10,314 bases of DNA from the NCBI GenBank assembly GCA_963783375.1, contig CAWANH010000004.1:1-10314 (forward strand), written 5' to 3'. This DNA comes from Candidatus Eiseniibacteriota bacterium. GTDB taxonomy: Bacteria > Eisenbacteria > RBG-16-71-46 > JABDJR01. The position numbers and the translations under genes are program-made. The notes beneath the pieces are model-generated. The model saw nothing but the letters and a program-made list of their open reading frames with translations, was not told the origin of the DNA and searched no databases. Below are positions 1-7,013 of this stretch, piece after piece (positions within the stretch are counted from its first letter, which is position 1; the number at the start of each line of letters is the position of its first letter).

Positions 1-73
1 GGGGGACGGAACCACACCCGCGCCCTCAAGACCCCGAAGGTAGAATCGAACCCCACGGGGATCGGCGGCACAG

Positions 74-766
74 TTACTTCGTCGCGCCGCCGGCCATGAC
101 CGGCACGAAGACCGCCACCATGAGGGCAGTCTGCATCGCTTCCACGGCCTCTTTGGTAGCCTGGGCCGCTACTTCTCCCTTGATCAGCTTTTCGATCCGT
201 TGCTCGTGCGCCTTGAGGGCGTTCTTCTCCATCGCGTGCTGAAGCAACCCGGTGCGCTTGGCCAGTGCGATCAACACTACGGTTCGCGGATCCACCCGGG
301 TGATGGAACCGACGACGGCCCGGCGTATCCGGCGAACGATCTCCTGCTCGGGTCGCGAGTCGGCTTCCGGATAGACCGTCCGGTTGAAGACCAGAAGAAC
401 GCGATCCTCATCCTCCCGTAGCACACCATCATCGACCAGGCGCCCGGCGATCCGGTGCTTCAGTTTCTTGATGTTCGCCAGCTTCAGAATCCACTCCGCG
501 GGCTTTCTGCGCTTCTCCTCTTCGGCGATCTTCTCGAGACACTCATCAAGCAGCGGATCCCCCAGGGGGGTGGAGTCCTTCACAACCACGCGCGCCCGGC
601 CCTTTTCGCCCTCGACGCCGAGACGCCCGGCGAGCAGGAGTTCGGCCATGAGCGCCCCCCCGGCCGCCTGATCGAAAGCGGCGCCGAAGTGAACGGTTCC
701 CTTCTTGTCGTTCAAGGCCAGGAGCAGGATCTCCTCGTGCAGGTAGAGAGGCCGGCTTCTTCTCAT
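74..766 (-). CDS. GPP34 (Golgi phosphoprotein 3/GOLPH3-like) family protein, 230 aa
   Basis: Family-typical segments LHEEILLLAL, GGALMAELLLAGRL, TPLGDPLLDECL, RLVDDGVL..RVLLVFNRTVYP, DPRTVVLIAL. The start is placed at ATG 766, behind GGGAGAGGAG, rather than at the ORF-track start 925. Confidence 0.85.
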   Translation of the reverse strand: MRRSRPLYLHEEILLLALNDKKGTVHFGAAFDQAAGGALMAELLLAGRLGVEGEKGRARVVVKDSTPLGDPLLDECLEKIAEEEKRRKPAEWILKLANIKKLKHRIAGRLVDDGVLREDEDRVLLVFNRTVYPEADSRPEQEIVRRIRRAVVGSITRVDPRTVVLIALAKRTGLLQHAMEKNALKAHEQRIEKLIKGEVAAQATKEAVEAMQTALMVAVFVPVMAGGATK

Positions 767-902
767 TTCACTCCTCTCCCGCGCCCATGAGGCGCGTTCG
801 ACCGCCCGGCGCCGCCTCGCCCTCGCCCGGTGCTCCGGAGCGTCCCCGGCCGGCGGGGGGCCGCCCTCCGCGGGGAGCCCGGGCCGAGCGCCCGGACCCG
901 CA

Positions 903-1844
903 TCACCACGGAAGGAGCCGCGCACCCCCTTCGGTGAACTCTTCCCAGAACGCCTCGAGACGCGCCCGGTCGGACGGGGACACGCGATCCCCCCCGGCCT
1001 CCAGGTTAGCCTGAAGCTGCTCCGGCGTCCGCATTCCCGGAATCACACAGCTCACCTCGTCGTAGGCCAGCGCGTAGCCGAGCGCCTTCCCGGCGAGCAC
1101 GCCGCCGTCGGCGGTAAGCCACGTCAACCGGGAGACCAGCTCCGCCCGTCGCGCGATCTCCTCCGGGCTCCACCGGGAGCGGACTCCGGTGAACCGGCTC
1201 CCGGCGCCGAACCGTCCGGTGAGCCACCCGCTGTCCAGGGGAATCTTCGCGATGATGCCCGCGCCCCGTTCGCGCACCCGTGGGAACGCGCGGCGCACCT
1301 CCTGGTGGAGGATGTTGAAACGAACCTCCAGCACCTCGCTCCGGGTGTTCGCCAGGCAGGCTTCCGCGTCGCCGGAGCGGTCGAGGCTGGCCCCGAAGTG
1401 CCGGATCTTCCCCTCGCCCCGCGCCGTCTCCAGCTCGTCCCACAAGGGGTCGGTCCCGGCGTACATGGCCGGTTCGGGGTTGTGCAACAGGAGCACGTCC
1501 AGGTGGTCGGTCCGCAACCGGCGGAGGCTCTCATTCAGGCTCTCCCGGAACCACCCCACCGAGAAGTCGTCGGAGCCGTCGGGCCGGTGGCCGAACTTGG
1601 TGACCAGAACCACCTGGTCCCGCGTTCCCTCCAGGGCCTCGCCCAGCAGTCGTTCGCTTCGGCCCGCGCCGTAGTTGGGCGAGGTGTCGAAGAGGGTGAC
1701 GCCGCCCTCGACGGCCGCGGCGACGAGCCGCAAGGCGGCGCGATCGTCCATCGCCCCCCAGGCGGTGCCACCGCCGAGTTGCCACCCCCCAAGACCGATC
1801 TCCGAGGCTTCGAGGCCGGTCCGCCCCAGTTTACGTCGACGCAT
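903..1844 (-). CDS. Aldo/keto reductase, 313 aa
   Basis: RKLGRTGLEASEIGLGGW N-terminus. Catalytic tetrad present in FDTSPNYG (D, Y), VTKFG (K) and LLHNP (H). Also IPGMRTPEQL. ATG 1844 is preceded by AAGGAAG. Confidence 0.93.
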   Translation of the reverse strand: MRRRKLGRTGLEASEIGLGGWQLGGGTAWGAMDDRAALRLVAAAVEGGVTLFDTSPNYGAGRSERLLGEALEGTRDQVVLVTKFGHRPDGSDDFSVGWFRESLNESLRRLRTDHLDVLLLHNPEPAMYAGTDPLWDELETARGEGKIRHFGASLDRSGDAEACLANTRSEVLEVRFNILHQEVRRAFPRVRERGAGIIAKIPLDSGWLTGRFGAGSRFTGVRSRWSPEEIARRAELVSRLTWLTADGGVLAGKALGYALAYDEVSCVIPGMRTPEQLQANLEAGGDRVSPSDRARLEAFWEEFTEGGARLLPW

Positions 1845-1856
1845 ACAGCTTCCTTG

Positions 1857-2043
1857 CGCCCGGGTGAGCTGGAGGGTGAACCCCTCGTGGCCGGCCGGGT
1901 CCCGGGCCAGGCAGAGATCGGCGCTTCCGGCGTCAGCCGGCGGACAGTAGACGCCGCAGTTGGCGTTGATCGCCGGCATGTACGGCGTGCCCTCGAGCCC
2001 CACCCGCAGATCGTACCGGCCGAAGCGCGCGCCGTACAAGGCC
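1857..2043 (-). pseudogene. Decayed fragment of the Ddl-like ATP-grasp gene (direct repeat of 4474..4660)
   Basis: Ungapped manual alignment over 187 bp gives 20 mismatches (~89% identity). The fragment translates to LYGARFGRYDLRVGLEGTPYMPAINANCG..., against LNGASFGRCDLRVDGEGTPYMLEINANCG... in the intact gene. Confidence 0.9.
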
Positions 2044-2255
2044 GGGAGACGGTTTCGACGCGCACGACCTTGACCGGAGGCCTCGGGAACTCAGCAACTC
2101 AACCTACCGGGGCGCGATATCCGACGACACCCGGAAGCGAGCAGAGGCTCAGGGTGGATGCGGTATGAACAAGTCGATTCTCATGGGGGCAAGGAACAAT
2201 GGGGTCTCACCCCCGGTTGAGGTCTCGTGGACGGCCGGCGGGACCGCCGCGAGGT

Positions 2256-2565
2256 CTATGCCTTGGCGCGTGCGGTCGTCAGAAAGACTGGCACGGTGCT
2301 GCCCCATTGTCCGATCCGCCCGGAATCCCCTTCGCTCGACCAAGCGGCGGCGGCATCACGGCACGCGACAAGCTCGGGGTGATCCTTACTCAGGCCGCTG
2401 GCGACGGCGAAAAGCGAACTGATCCTGTTGAAGTGGACGGCGAAGGTCCGAGCCGATCCTTGCTGACCCGCGAAAACCGCGTGGACACGCAGATCGACCT
2501 CGGCGAACCCGGCGGCCCGGGCCAACGCCGGTACGCATCGTTCCCACTCCGTCTCCCCCATGGAC
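2256..2565 (-). pseudogene. Probable C-terminal remnant of a class I SAM-dependent methyltransferase, frameshifted
   Basis: Removing one base at ~2541 gives HGGDGVGRCVPALARAAGFAEVDLRVH...W...VPVFLTTAR. This resembles the GDxxVGRxLPxLxRAAGF segment seen late in many class I methyltransferases. No GxGxG SAM-binding N-terminus is visible upstream. Confidence 0.45.
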
Positions 2566-2847
2566 TGTCGAATCAAGACAAGAAAGGCAGTCTACGGCGT
2601 CTTGAGGGGCTGCTTGTACTTGGCGGAGAGAGTCGCGTAGTAGGCATCGACCGCCGGCAACCCCCCGGACGGGGGTTTCGGGGGAGACCCGCTCGGGGCG
2701 GAGATCGATGTCCGTGCAGTCGGACTGAAGATTTCCGACAACCACTGTCCGGCGCTGAGAATCTCCGAACCGGTCGAGAGTGTTGACGTTACCACCCTGA
2801 GCAATCATGACCAAAGCACTGGTAAATTGGTAATGCATTAGAACGTA

Positions 2848-2876
2848 TTTGGAATCGTTCGTTGGTGGAGTAGGCT
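2848..2876 (+). promoter_or_regulatory. Candidate sigma70-type promoter for the 2968/3606 genes
   Basis: -10-like TAGGCT at 2871-2876 and a weak -35 (TTTGGA/TTGGAA) 16-17 bp upstream. It sits in the most AT-rich patch of the window, with palindrome TAATGCATTA at 2831-2840. Confidence 0.4.
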
Positions 2877-2967
2877 GACCATGATGATCCATTCGACCCC
2901 ATCTCCGGGGGGAGCTCTGCCGCGATCATCCGAACCGGCCCCCGCCAACTGCTCAGGGAGGTGCCAC

Positions 2968-3585
2968 ATGAGACGGTTCTGGATCCTTGCGCTGATCGTT
3001 GGTGTCCTGCTTGTGTCATCCGGGCTTGCCGCTCTCGCCAACCCTCTCTGGCCCGGGTACTTCGAACTGCTCGATCGCGCCTACACCCTGCAGGCTCCAC
3101 CGAACGGGTCGGTGTGGCAGTCCGTTTCCTCGACCTACGATCCCAGCAACTACCAGGTCGTCATCAACCAGACGAGCTACGACGACAATGGTGACGGTGT
3201 TGTTTCAACGGGAGACCGGATCGTCGGTCCGACTTCCGGGATGGCCACACCCATTGTGGTAGTCGACGGCGTGCGCCACCTGTATCGGCTCGATGAAAAC
3301 GGGTGGGTGCTTCGACCCTTGACGGAGAACGGTGGCTCTCCGGTCGGCGAGACCTGGCAGATCATCTGGCCCCTCGAGTTGTGGGGAACGGAATTGCTGG
3401 TGGAGGGCTGGACGCCGCCGGCTCATGGTGGAGCCGGGGAGCCCGGGGACGGGGATCTCGTCGTCCTGGAGGGGGCGGAATACGTGCTGCGAGATGTCCG
3501 TCTCTGCGTGGAAGGGGCCTACGGAGTGCCCGTCAATCACACTTCCTGGGGAAAGATCAAGCAGTTCCTCCGGAACGTGTTCTGA
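2968..3585 (+). CDS. Secreted hypothetical protein, 205 aa, with two internal repeats, a DxNxDG Ca-binding-like loop and a C-terminal SWGKIK tail
   Basis: SD GGGAGG at 2956-2961. Sec signal peptide MRRFWILALIVGVLLVSSGLAALA. Contains DDNGDGVVSTGD and ends VPVNHTSWGKIKQFLRNVF. Confidence 0.85.
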   Translation: MRRFWILALIVGVLLVSSGLAALANPLWPGYFELLDRAYTLQAPPNGSVWQSVSSTYDPSNYQVVINQTSYDDNGDGVVSTGDRIVGPTSGMATPIVVVDGVRHLYRLDENGWVLRPLTENGGSPVGETWQIIWPLELWGTELLVEGWTPPAHGGAGEPGDGDLVVLEGAEYVLRDVRLCVEGAYGVPVNHTSWGKIKQFLRNVF

Positions 3586-3605
3586 GCGGCACCGCTTTCC
3601 CGGCC

Positions 3606-4265
3606 ATGACCCTCCGCCGTACGCGAACCCTTGCCGGCACCCCAGCTTTGCTGTGCATGCTCGGCCTGACGGCCCTCATCGCGTCCTGTACTCACGATGA
3701 TGGCGTGGGCGACCGCTCCACATTCACGCCCCTCCTCCGATTCGACCGCGAGAAGGTGACGTTGCATGTCCAGACGGGGCGGGTCGAGGTGGAGGGCTTC
3801 TACGAGTTCCTGTGCACCGGGGGGGTGGCGGATTCCTCGCTGCTCTTCTACCCCTATCCACGGGACAGCCTTCTCGGCCCTGCCAGCACCCGTCTCGTGG
3901 AGGGGCGCTGCGGCGACGGTCCGGCGCAACCGATCAGGTTCACCGAGCATCCGCCGGGCGGTGTTTCCTGGTCGATCCCCCTGAATCTCTGCGAACGAAT
4001 CACGATTCGCACGGTCTACCGGCAGGAACTGCTGGGCAACTACGCCCGGTACATCGTCACGTCCACTGCGGCCTGGAAACGCCCCCTGACTCACGCCCGG
4101 TTCGAAATCGAGCTGCCGGAGGATGCGATTCCGGAAGAGTTCAGTTTTCCCTTCGTACGGGACGATTCGCCGGGCGCCAACGTGTGGATCTACGAAACGA
4201 TGGATTTCATGCCCAAGGAGGACATCACGGTGCGGTGGCAGCAGCCGGTCGAGGCAGGGCCGTGA
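3606..4265 (+). CDS. Putative lipoprotein, DUF4424-like, 219 aa
   Basis: Basic N-terminus, hydrophobic core and lipobox IAS-C. The segments FDREKVTLHV..VEVEGFYEF and YIVTSTAAWKRPLTHARFEIELP resemble DUF4424-type proteins (family call is tentative). Starts 20 bp after the previous gene. Confidence 0.75.
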   Translation: MTLRRTRTLAGTPALLCMLGLTALIASCTHDDGVGDRSTFTPLLRFDREKVTLHVQTGRVEVEGFYEFLCTGGVADSSLLFYPYPRDSLLGPASTRLVEGRCGDGPAQPIRFTEHPPGGVSWSIPLNLCERITIRTVYRQELLGNYARYIVTSTAAWKRPLTHARFEIELPEDAIPEEFSFPFVRDDSPGANVWIYETMDFMPKEDITVRWQQPVEAGP

Positions 4266-4335
4266 TGCCCTCTGGAGTCCTGAGCCGGAGAGACCCGCAC
4301 CGACGAGCGTTCCATGCCGGCCCAGGCGGGAAAGA

Positions 4336-4364
4336 GCAGGGGTCTGAGCTGGGAGACCCTGCTG
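4336..4364. terminator. Hairpin between convergent genes (possible terminator)
   Basis: AGCAGGG(G)TCT pairs with AGACCCTGCT. No clear U-tract. Confidence 0.3.
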
Positions 4365-4431
4365 CGGCACATCGGCGCCGGGGAAGCGGTTTCACGGCGG
4401 AGACGAGCGGCGACCCGGCGGCCGGCGTTCG

Positions 4432-5418
4432 TCAGATCCGGCTGAGGACCCGCCGCTCGTGGCGCCGGAGCGCCGCCCGGATGAGCTGGAGGGTGAACCC
4501 CTCGTGCCCGGCCGGATCCCGGGCCAGGCAGAGATCGGCGCTTCCCGCATCGGCCGGTGGATAGTAGACGCCGCAGTTGGCGTTGATCTCCAGCATGTAC
4601 GGCGTGCCCTCGCCGTCCACCCTGAGGTCGCACCGGCCGAAGCTCGCGCCGTTCAAGGCCAGGAAGAACCGCGCGCACTCGTCCCGCAAACGGGCGTCCA
4701 GAACCGGATCGGTGACCGGGACCGAGGTCATCCGGTCGTACTCCACCCACTTCATGCGCTCGTGCTTGAAGCTTTCCCCCGGGGGGAAGCGGTATTGCAT
4801 GGGGGTGTAGGTGGTGGGACACGAGGGATCGTCGGGGTTCTCGGCCACCAGCACCGTACACTCGGTCCCTTCGATGAACTCCTCGATGAGGGCCGAGCCG
4901 AAGCGGGACATGATCTTCCTGGCCTGGCGCCGGAGGCCCGCCGGCGTCCGCACCCGCGAGAGACGGCTCAAGGCCACGCTGGAGTAGCTGCTGGGGTGTT
5001 TCACGAAGAGCGGAAACCGGAGGGTGGACGCCGCCCGCTCCACCTCGGCGGCGTCGTGCGCCATCACGTAGGCCGGGGTGGCGATGCCCTCGGCGCGGCA
5101 GGCCGCCTTCATCATCTCCCGGGTCGGCTCGTAGAACTCCGAGGTGGCGCCGGTGAAGGGAACGCCGTGCTCCTCCAGGGTCTGCACGACCTCGATCCCC
5201 GGGATGTCCTGGTCGTCGGCCCCGTCGCAGAGGTTGAAGAATACGTCGAAGCCCTCCCCGATAAGACGGGTCACCGTCTCCACCGAGGTCGCCTTCTTCC
5301 TGAGCGTGGCCACCGTCCACTCCGCCTCGGGGAGGAACGGCCGCGGATCGCAGGGCCAATCGTCCGATGGGAACGGATCGGCGTCGAGATCCTGGGTCGT
5401 CAACAAGCAGATGCGCAT
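4432..5418 (-). CDS. D-Ala-D-Ala-ligase-like ATP-grasp enzyme (non-canonical), 328 aa
   Basis: DVFFNLCDG, GVPFTGA, FPLFVKHPSSYSS, LIEEFIEGTECTV, GRCDLRVD..PYMLEINANCG. Lacks the N-terminal GGxSxE motif of true Ddl. Start placed at ATG 5418. Confidence 0.88.
   Translation of the reverse strand: MRICLLTTQDLDADPFPSDDWPCDPRPFLPEAEWTVATLRKKATSVETVTRLIGEGFDVFFNLCDGADDQDIPGIEVVQTLEEHGVPFTGATSEFYEPTREMMKAACRAEGIATPAYVMAHDAAEVERAASTLRFPLFVKHPSSYSSVALSRLSRVRTPAGLRRQARKIMSRFGSALIEEFIEGTECTVLVAENPDDPSCPTTYTPMQYRFPPGESFKHERMKWVEYDRMTSVPVTDPVLDARLRDECARFFLALNGASFGRCDLRVDGEGTPYMLEINANCGVYYPPADAGSADLCLARDPAGHEGFTLQLIRAALRRHERRVLSRI
4474..4660. repeat. Intact copy of the 187-bp direct repeat (partner 1857..2043)
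   Basis: Manual alignment, offset 2617 bp, no indels. Confidence 0.92.
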
Positions 5419-5426
5419 GGCGCGGG

Positions 5427-5456
5427 AGCCTACCCGTTTTCGCGCGAAGGTGTCCA
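5427..5456 (-). promoter_or_regulatory. Candidate sigma70 promoter for the ATP-grasp gene (near-leaderless)
   Basis: Minus strand reads TGGACA-18 bp-TAGGCT, then 8 nt to the ATG. No SD. Confidence 0.5.
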
Positions 5457-5586
5457 CGACATCGGAACGGGGCTGGATGGCCGGCCGGGGCCACGGATGT
5501 ATTCGATTGCAACCGAACGTCTTACAGCCAACCGGATGACGCCGCGTTCCGCCCGCGACCGATATCCGCGCCGCCCCCGATCGCGC

Positions 5587-5615
5587 TTGTCCCGGCCATT
5601 TCCTTCTGGGACACT
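5587..5615 (+). promoter_or_regulatory. Candidate sigma70 promoter for the MoaD/ThiS operon (leaderless)
   Basis: TTGTCC (5587-5592), a 17-bp spacer containing the extended TG at 5607-5608, GACACT (5610-5615), then 6 nt to ATG 5622. No SD. Confidence 0.55.
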
Positions 5616-5621
5616 CCCCGC

Positions 5622-5879
5622 ATGGCACGCGTGGTCTTCACGTCCCACTTGAAACGGCACGTCGATGCGCCGACCTCCGCGGTCTCGGGGAAAACGGTGC
5701 GGGACGTCCTGGGGGCGGTGTTCGCCGGCAACCCGAAGCTCGGACCCTACGTCCTCGACGAGCAGGGAGAGATCCGGCGTCACGTGGTGGTATTCGTGGA
5801 CGGTGAACGAGCGGGCCTGAACGACCCCGTGAACGACTCGAGCGAGATCCACGTCATGCAGGCCCTCTCCGGAGGGTAG
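5622..5879 (+). CDS. MoaD/ThiS-family ubiquitin-like (beta-grasp) protein, 85 aa
   Basis: MARVVFTSHL..GKTVRDVL..YVLDEQGEIRRHVVVFVDG..IHVMQALSGG, with a free C-terminal Gly-Gly. Confidence 0.92.
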   Translation: MARVVFTSHLKRHVDAPTSAVSGKTVRDVLGAVFAGNPKLGPYVLDEQGEIRRHVVVFVDGERAGLNDPVNDSSEIHVMQALSGG

Positions 5880-5918
5880 GTCCCTTTCCCCCGGTCCGCC
5901 CCGCGAAGGAGAATCCCC

Positions 5919-7013
5919 ATGAGCCAGCGCCTCTTCGTCGCCACCCGGAAGGGCCTCTTCTCCCTGAACCGCGAAAAGGGGAAACGTGGGAAGTGGAAGA
6001 TCGCCCGAACCGCCTTCCTGGGCTCTCCGGTCAGCATGGTGCTCCCCGACACCCGCGACCGCACCCTCTACGCCGCCCTCAACCTCGGCCATTTCGGGGC
6101 GAAGCTCCATCGCTCCCCCGACCGCGGAAAGACCTGGGAGGAATGCGCCGTCCCCGCCTTCCCCAAGTCCGAGGCCCCGGAGGTCGCGAAGGGATCGACC
6201 CTGAAGCAGGTCTGGTGCCTGGAAGCGGGGGGAAAGGACGAAGCCGGGACGCTCTGGGCCGGCACCATCCCCGGCGGGCTCTTCCGCTCCACCGATCGCG
6301 GCGACACCTGGGAATTGAACCAGGCGCTCTGGAATCTCCCGGAACGCGGGAAGTGGATGGGCGGGGGCTACGACGAGTCCGGCGTTCACTCGATCTGCGT
6401 GGACCCGCGCAACCCGCGGCACCTGACGGTGGGGATATCGATCGGCGGGGTCTGGCACAGCGAGGATGGCGGAGAAAGCTGGAAGGTCCGGACCAGGGGG
6501 ATGTTCGCGGAGTACATGCCGCCGGACCGCCGCGAGGACCCGGTCATGCAGGACCCCCACCGCATCGTCCAGAACGAGGCCGACCCCGACGTCCTCTGGT
6601 GCCAGCACCACAACGGGGTCTTCCGCTCCGCCGACCGCGGCCGCACCTGGGAGACCATCACGGTCAAACCTTCGGTGTTCGGGTTCGCGGCGGCAAGCCA
6701 CCCCAGGGACCCGAAGACCGCGTGGCTGGTTCCCGCGATCAAGGATGAGTGCCGGGTGCCGGTGGGGGGGAAGATGGTGGCCGTCCGCACCCGGAACGAA
6801 GGGAAGAGCTTCAAGACGCTTCGGACCGGGCTGCCCCAGAAGCGCGCCTACGACCTGGTCTACCGGCACGGGCTGGACGTGGGCACCGAAGGCAAGATGC
6901 TGGCCTTGGGCTCCACCACCGGCTCGCTCTGGATCTCCGAGGACTCCGGGGACTCCTGGAAGACGTTCTCGGCCAACCTGCCGCCGGTTTACTGCGTGCG
7001 GTTCGAGAAGTAG
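5919..7013 (+). CDS. BNR/Asp-box repeat beta-propeller protein (sialidase-like/WD40-YVTN type), 364 aa
   Basis: Asp-boxes SPDRGKTW, STDRGDTW, SEDGGESW, SADRGRTW, TRNEGKSF, SEDSGDSW. SD AAGGAG upstream. No signal peptide. Confidence 0.9.
   Translation: MSQRLFVATRKGLFSLNREKGKRGKWKIARTAFLGSPVSMVLPDTRDRTLYAALNLGHFGAKLHRSPDRGKTWEECAVPAFPKSEAPEVAKGSTLKQVWCLEAGGKDEAGTLWAGTIPGGLFRSTDRGDTWELNQALWNLPERGKWMGGGYDESGVHSICVDPRNPRHLTVGISIGGVWHSEDGGESWKVRTRGMFAEYMPPDRREDPVMQDPHRIVQNEADPDVLWCQHHNGVFRSADRGRTWETITVKPSVFGFAAASHPRDPKTAWLVPAIKDECRVPVGGKMVAVRTRNEGKSFKTLRTGLPQKRAYDLVYRHGLDVGTEGKMLALGSTTGSLWISEDSGDSWKTFSANLPPVYCVRFEK

Noticed and set aside
38-58. Minus-strand GGGGTTCGATTC resembling a tRNA 3' fragment or att site
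   Set aside because: The T-stem does not pair and no acceptor strand or CCA follows.
2592-2594. In-frame TAG as pyrrolysine or programmed readthrough
   Set aside because: The flanking pieces look like unrelated, frameshifted remnants and no pyl genes are visible. Decay is the simpler explanation.
2147-2802. 11-bp inverted repeat GCTCAGGGTGG / CCACCCTGAGC flanking the gene-scrap region
   Set aside because: It does not extend, there is no target-site duplication or transposase, and 11-bp matches are expected by chance in 10 kb of GC-rich DNA.
1857-4660. Repeat pair as the template and variable repeats of a diversity-generating retroelement
   Set aside because: The 20 mismatches are not adenine-specific on either strand or copy, many are synonymous third-position changes, and no reverse transcriptase is present.
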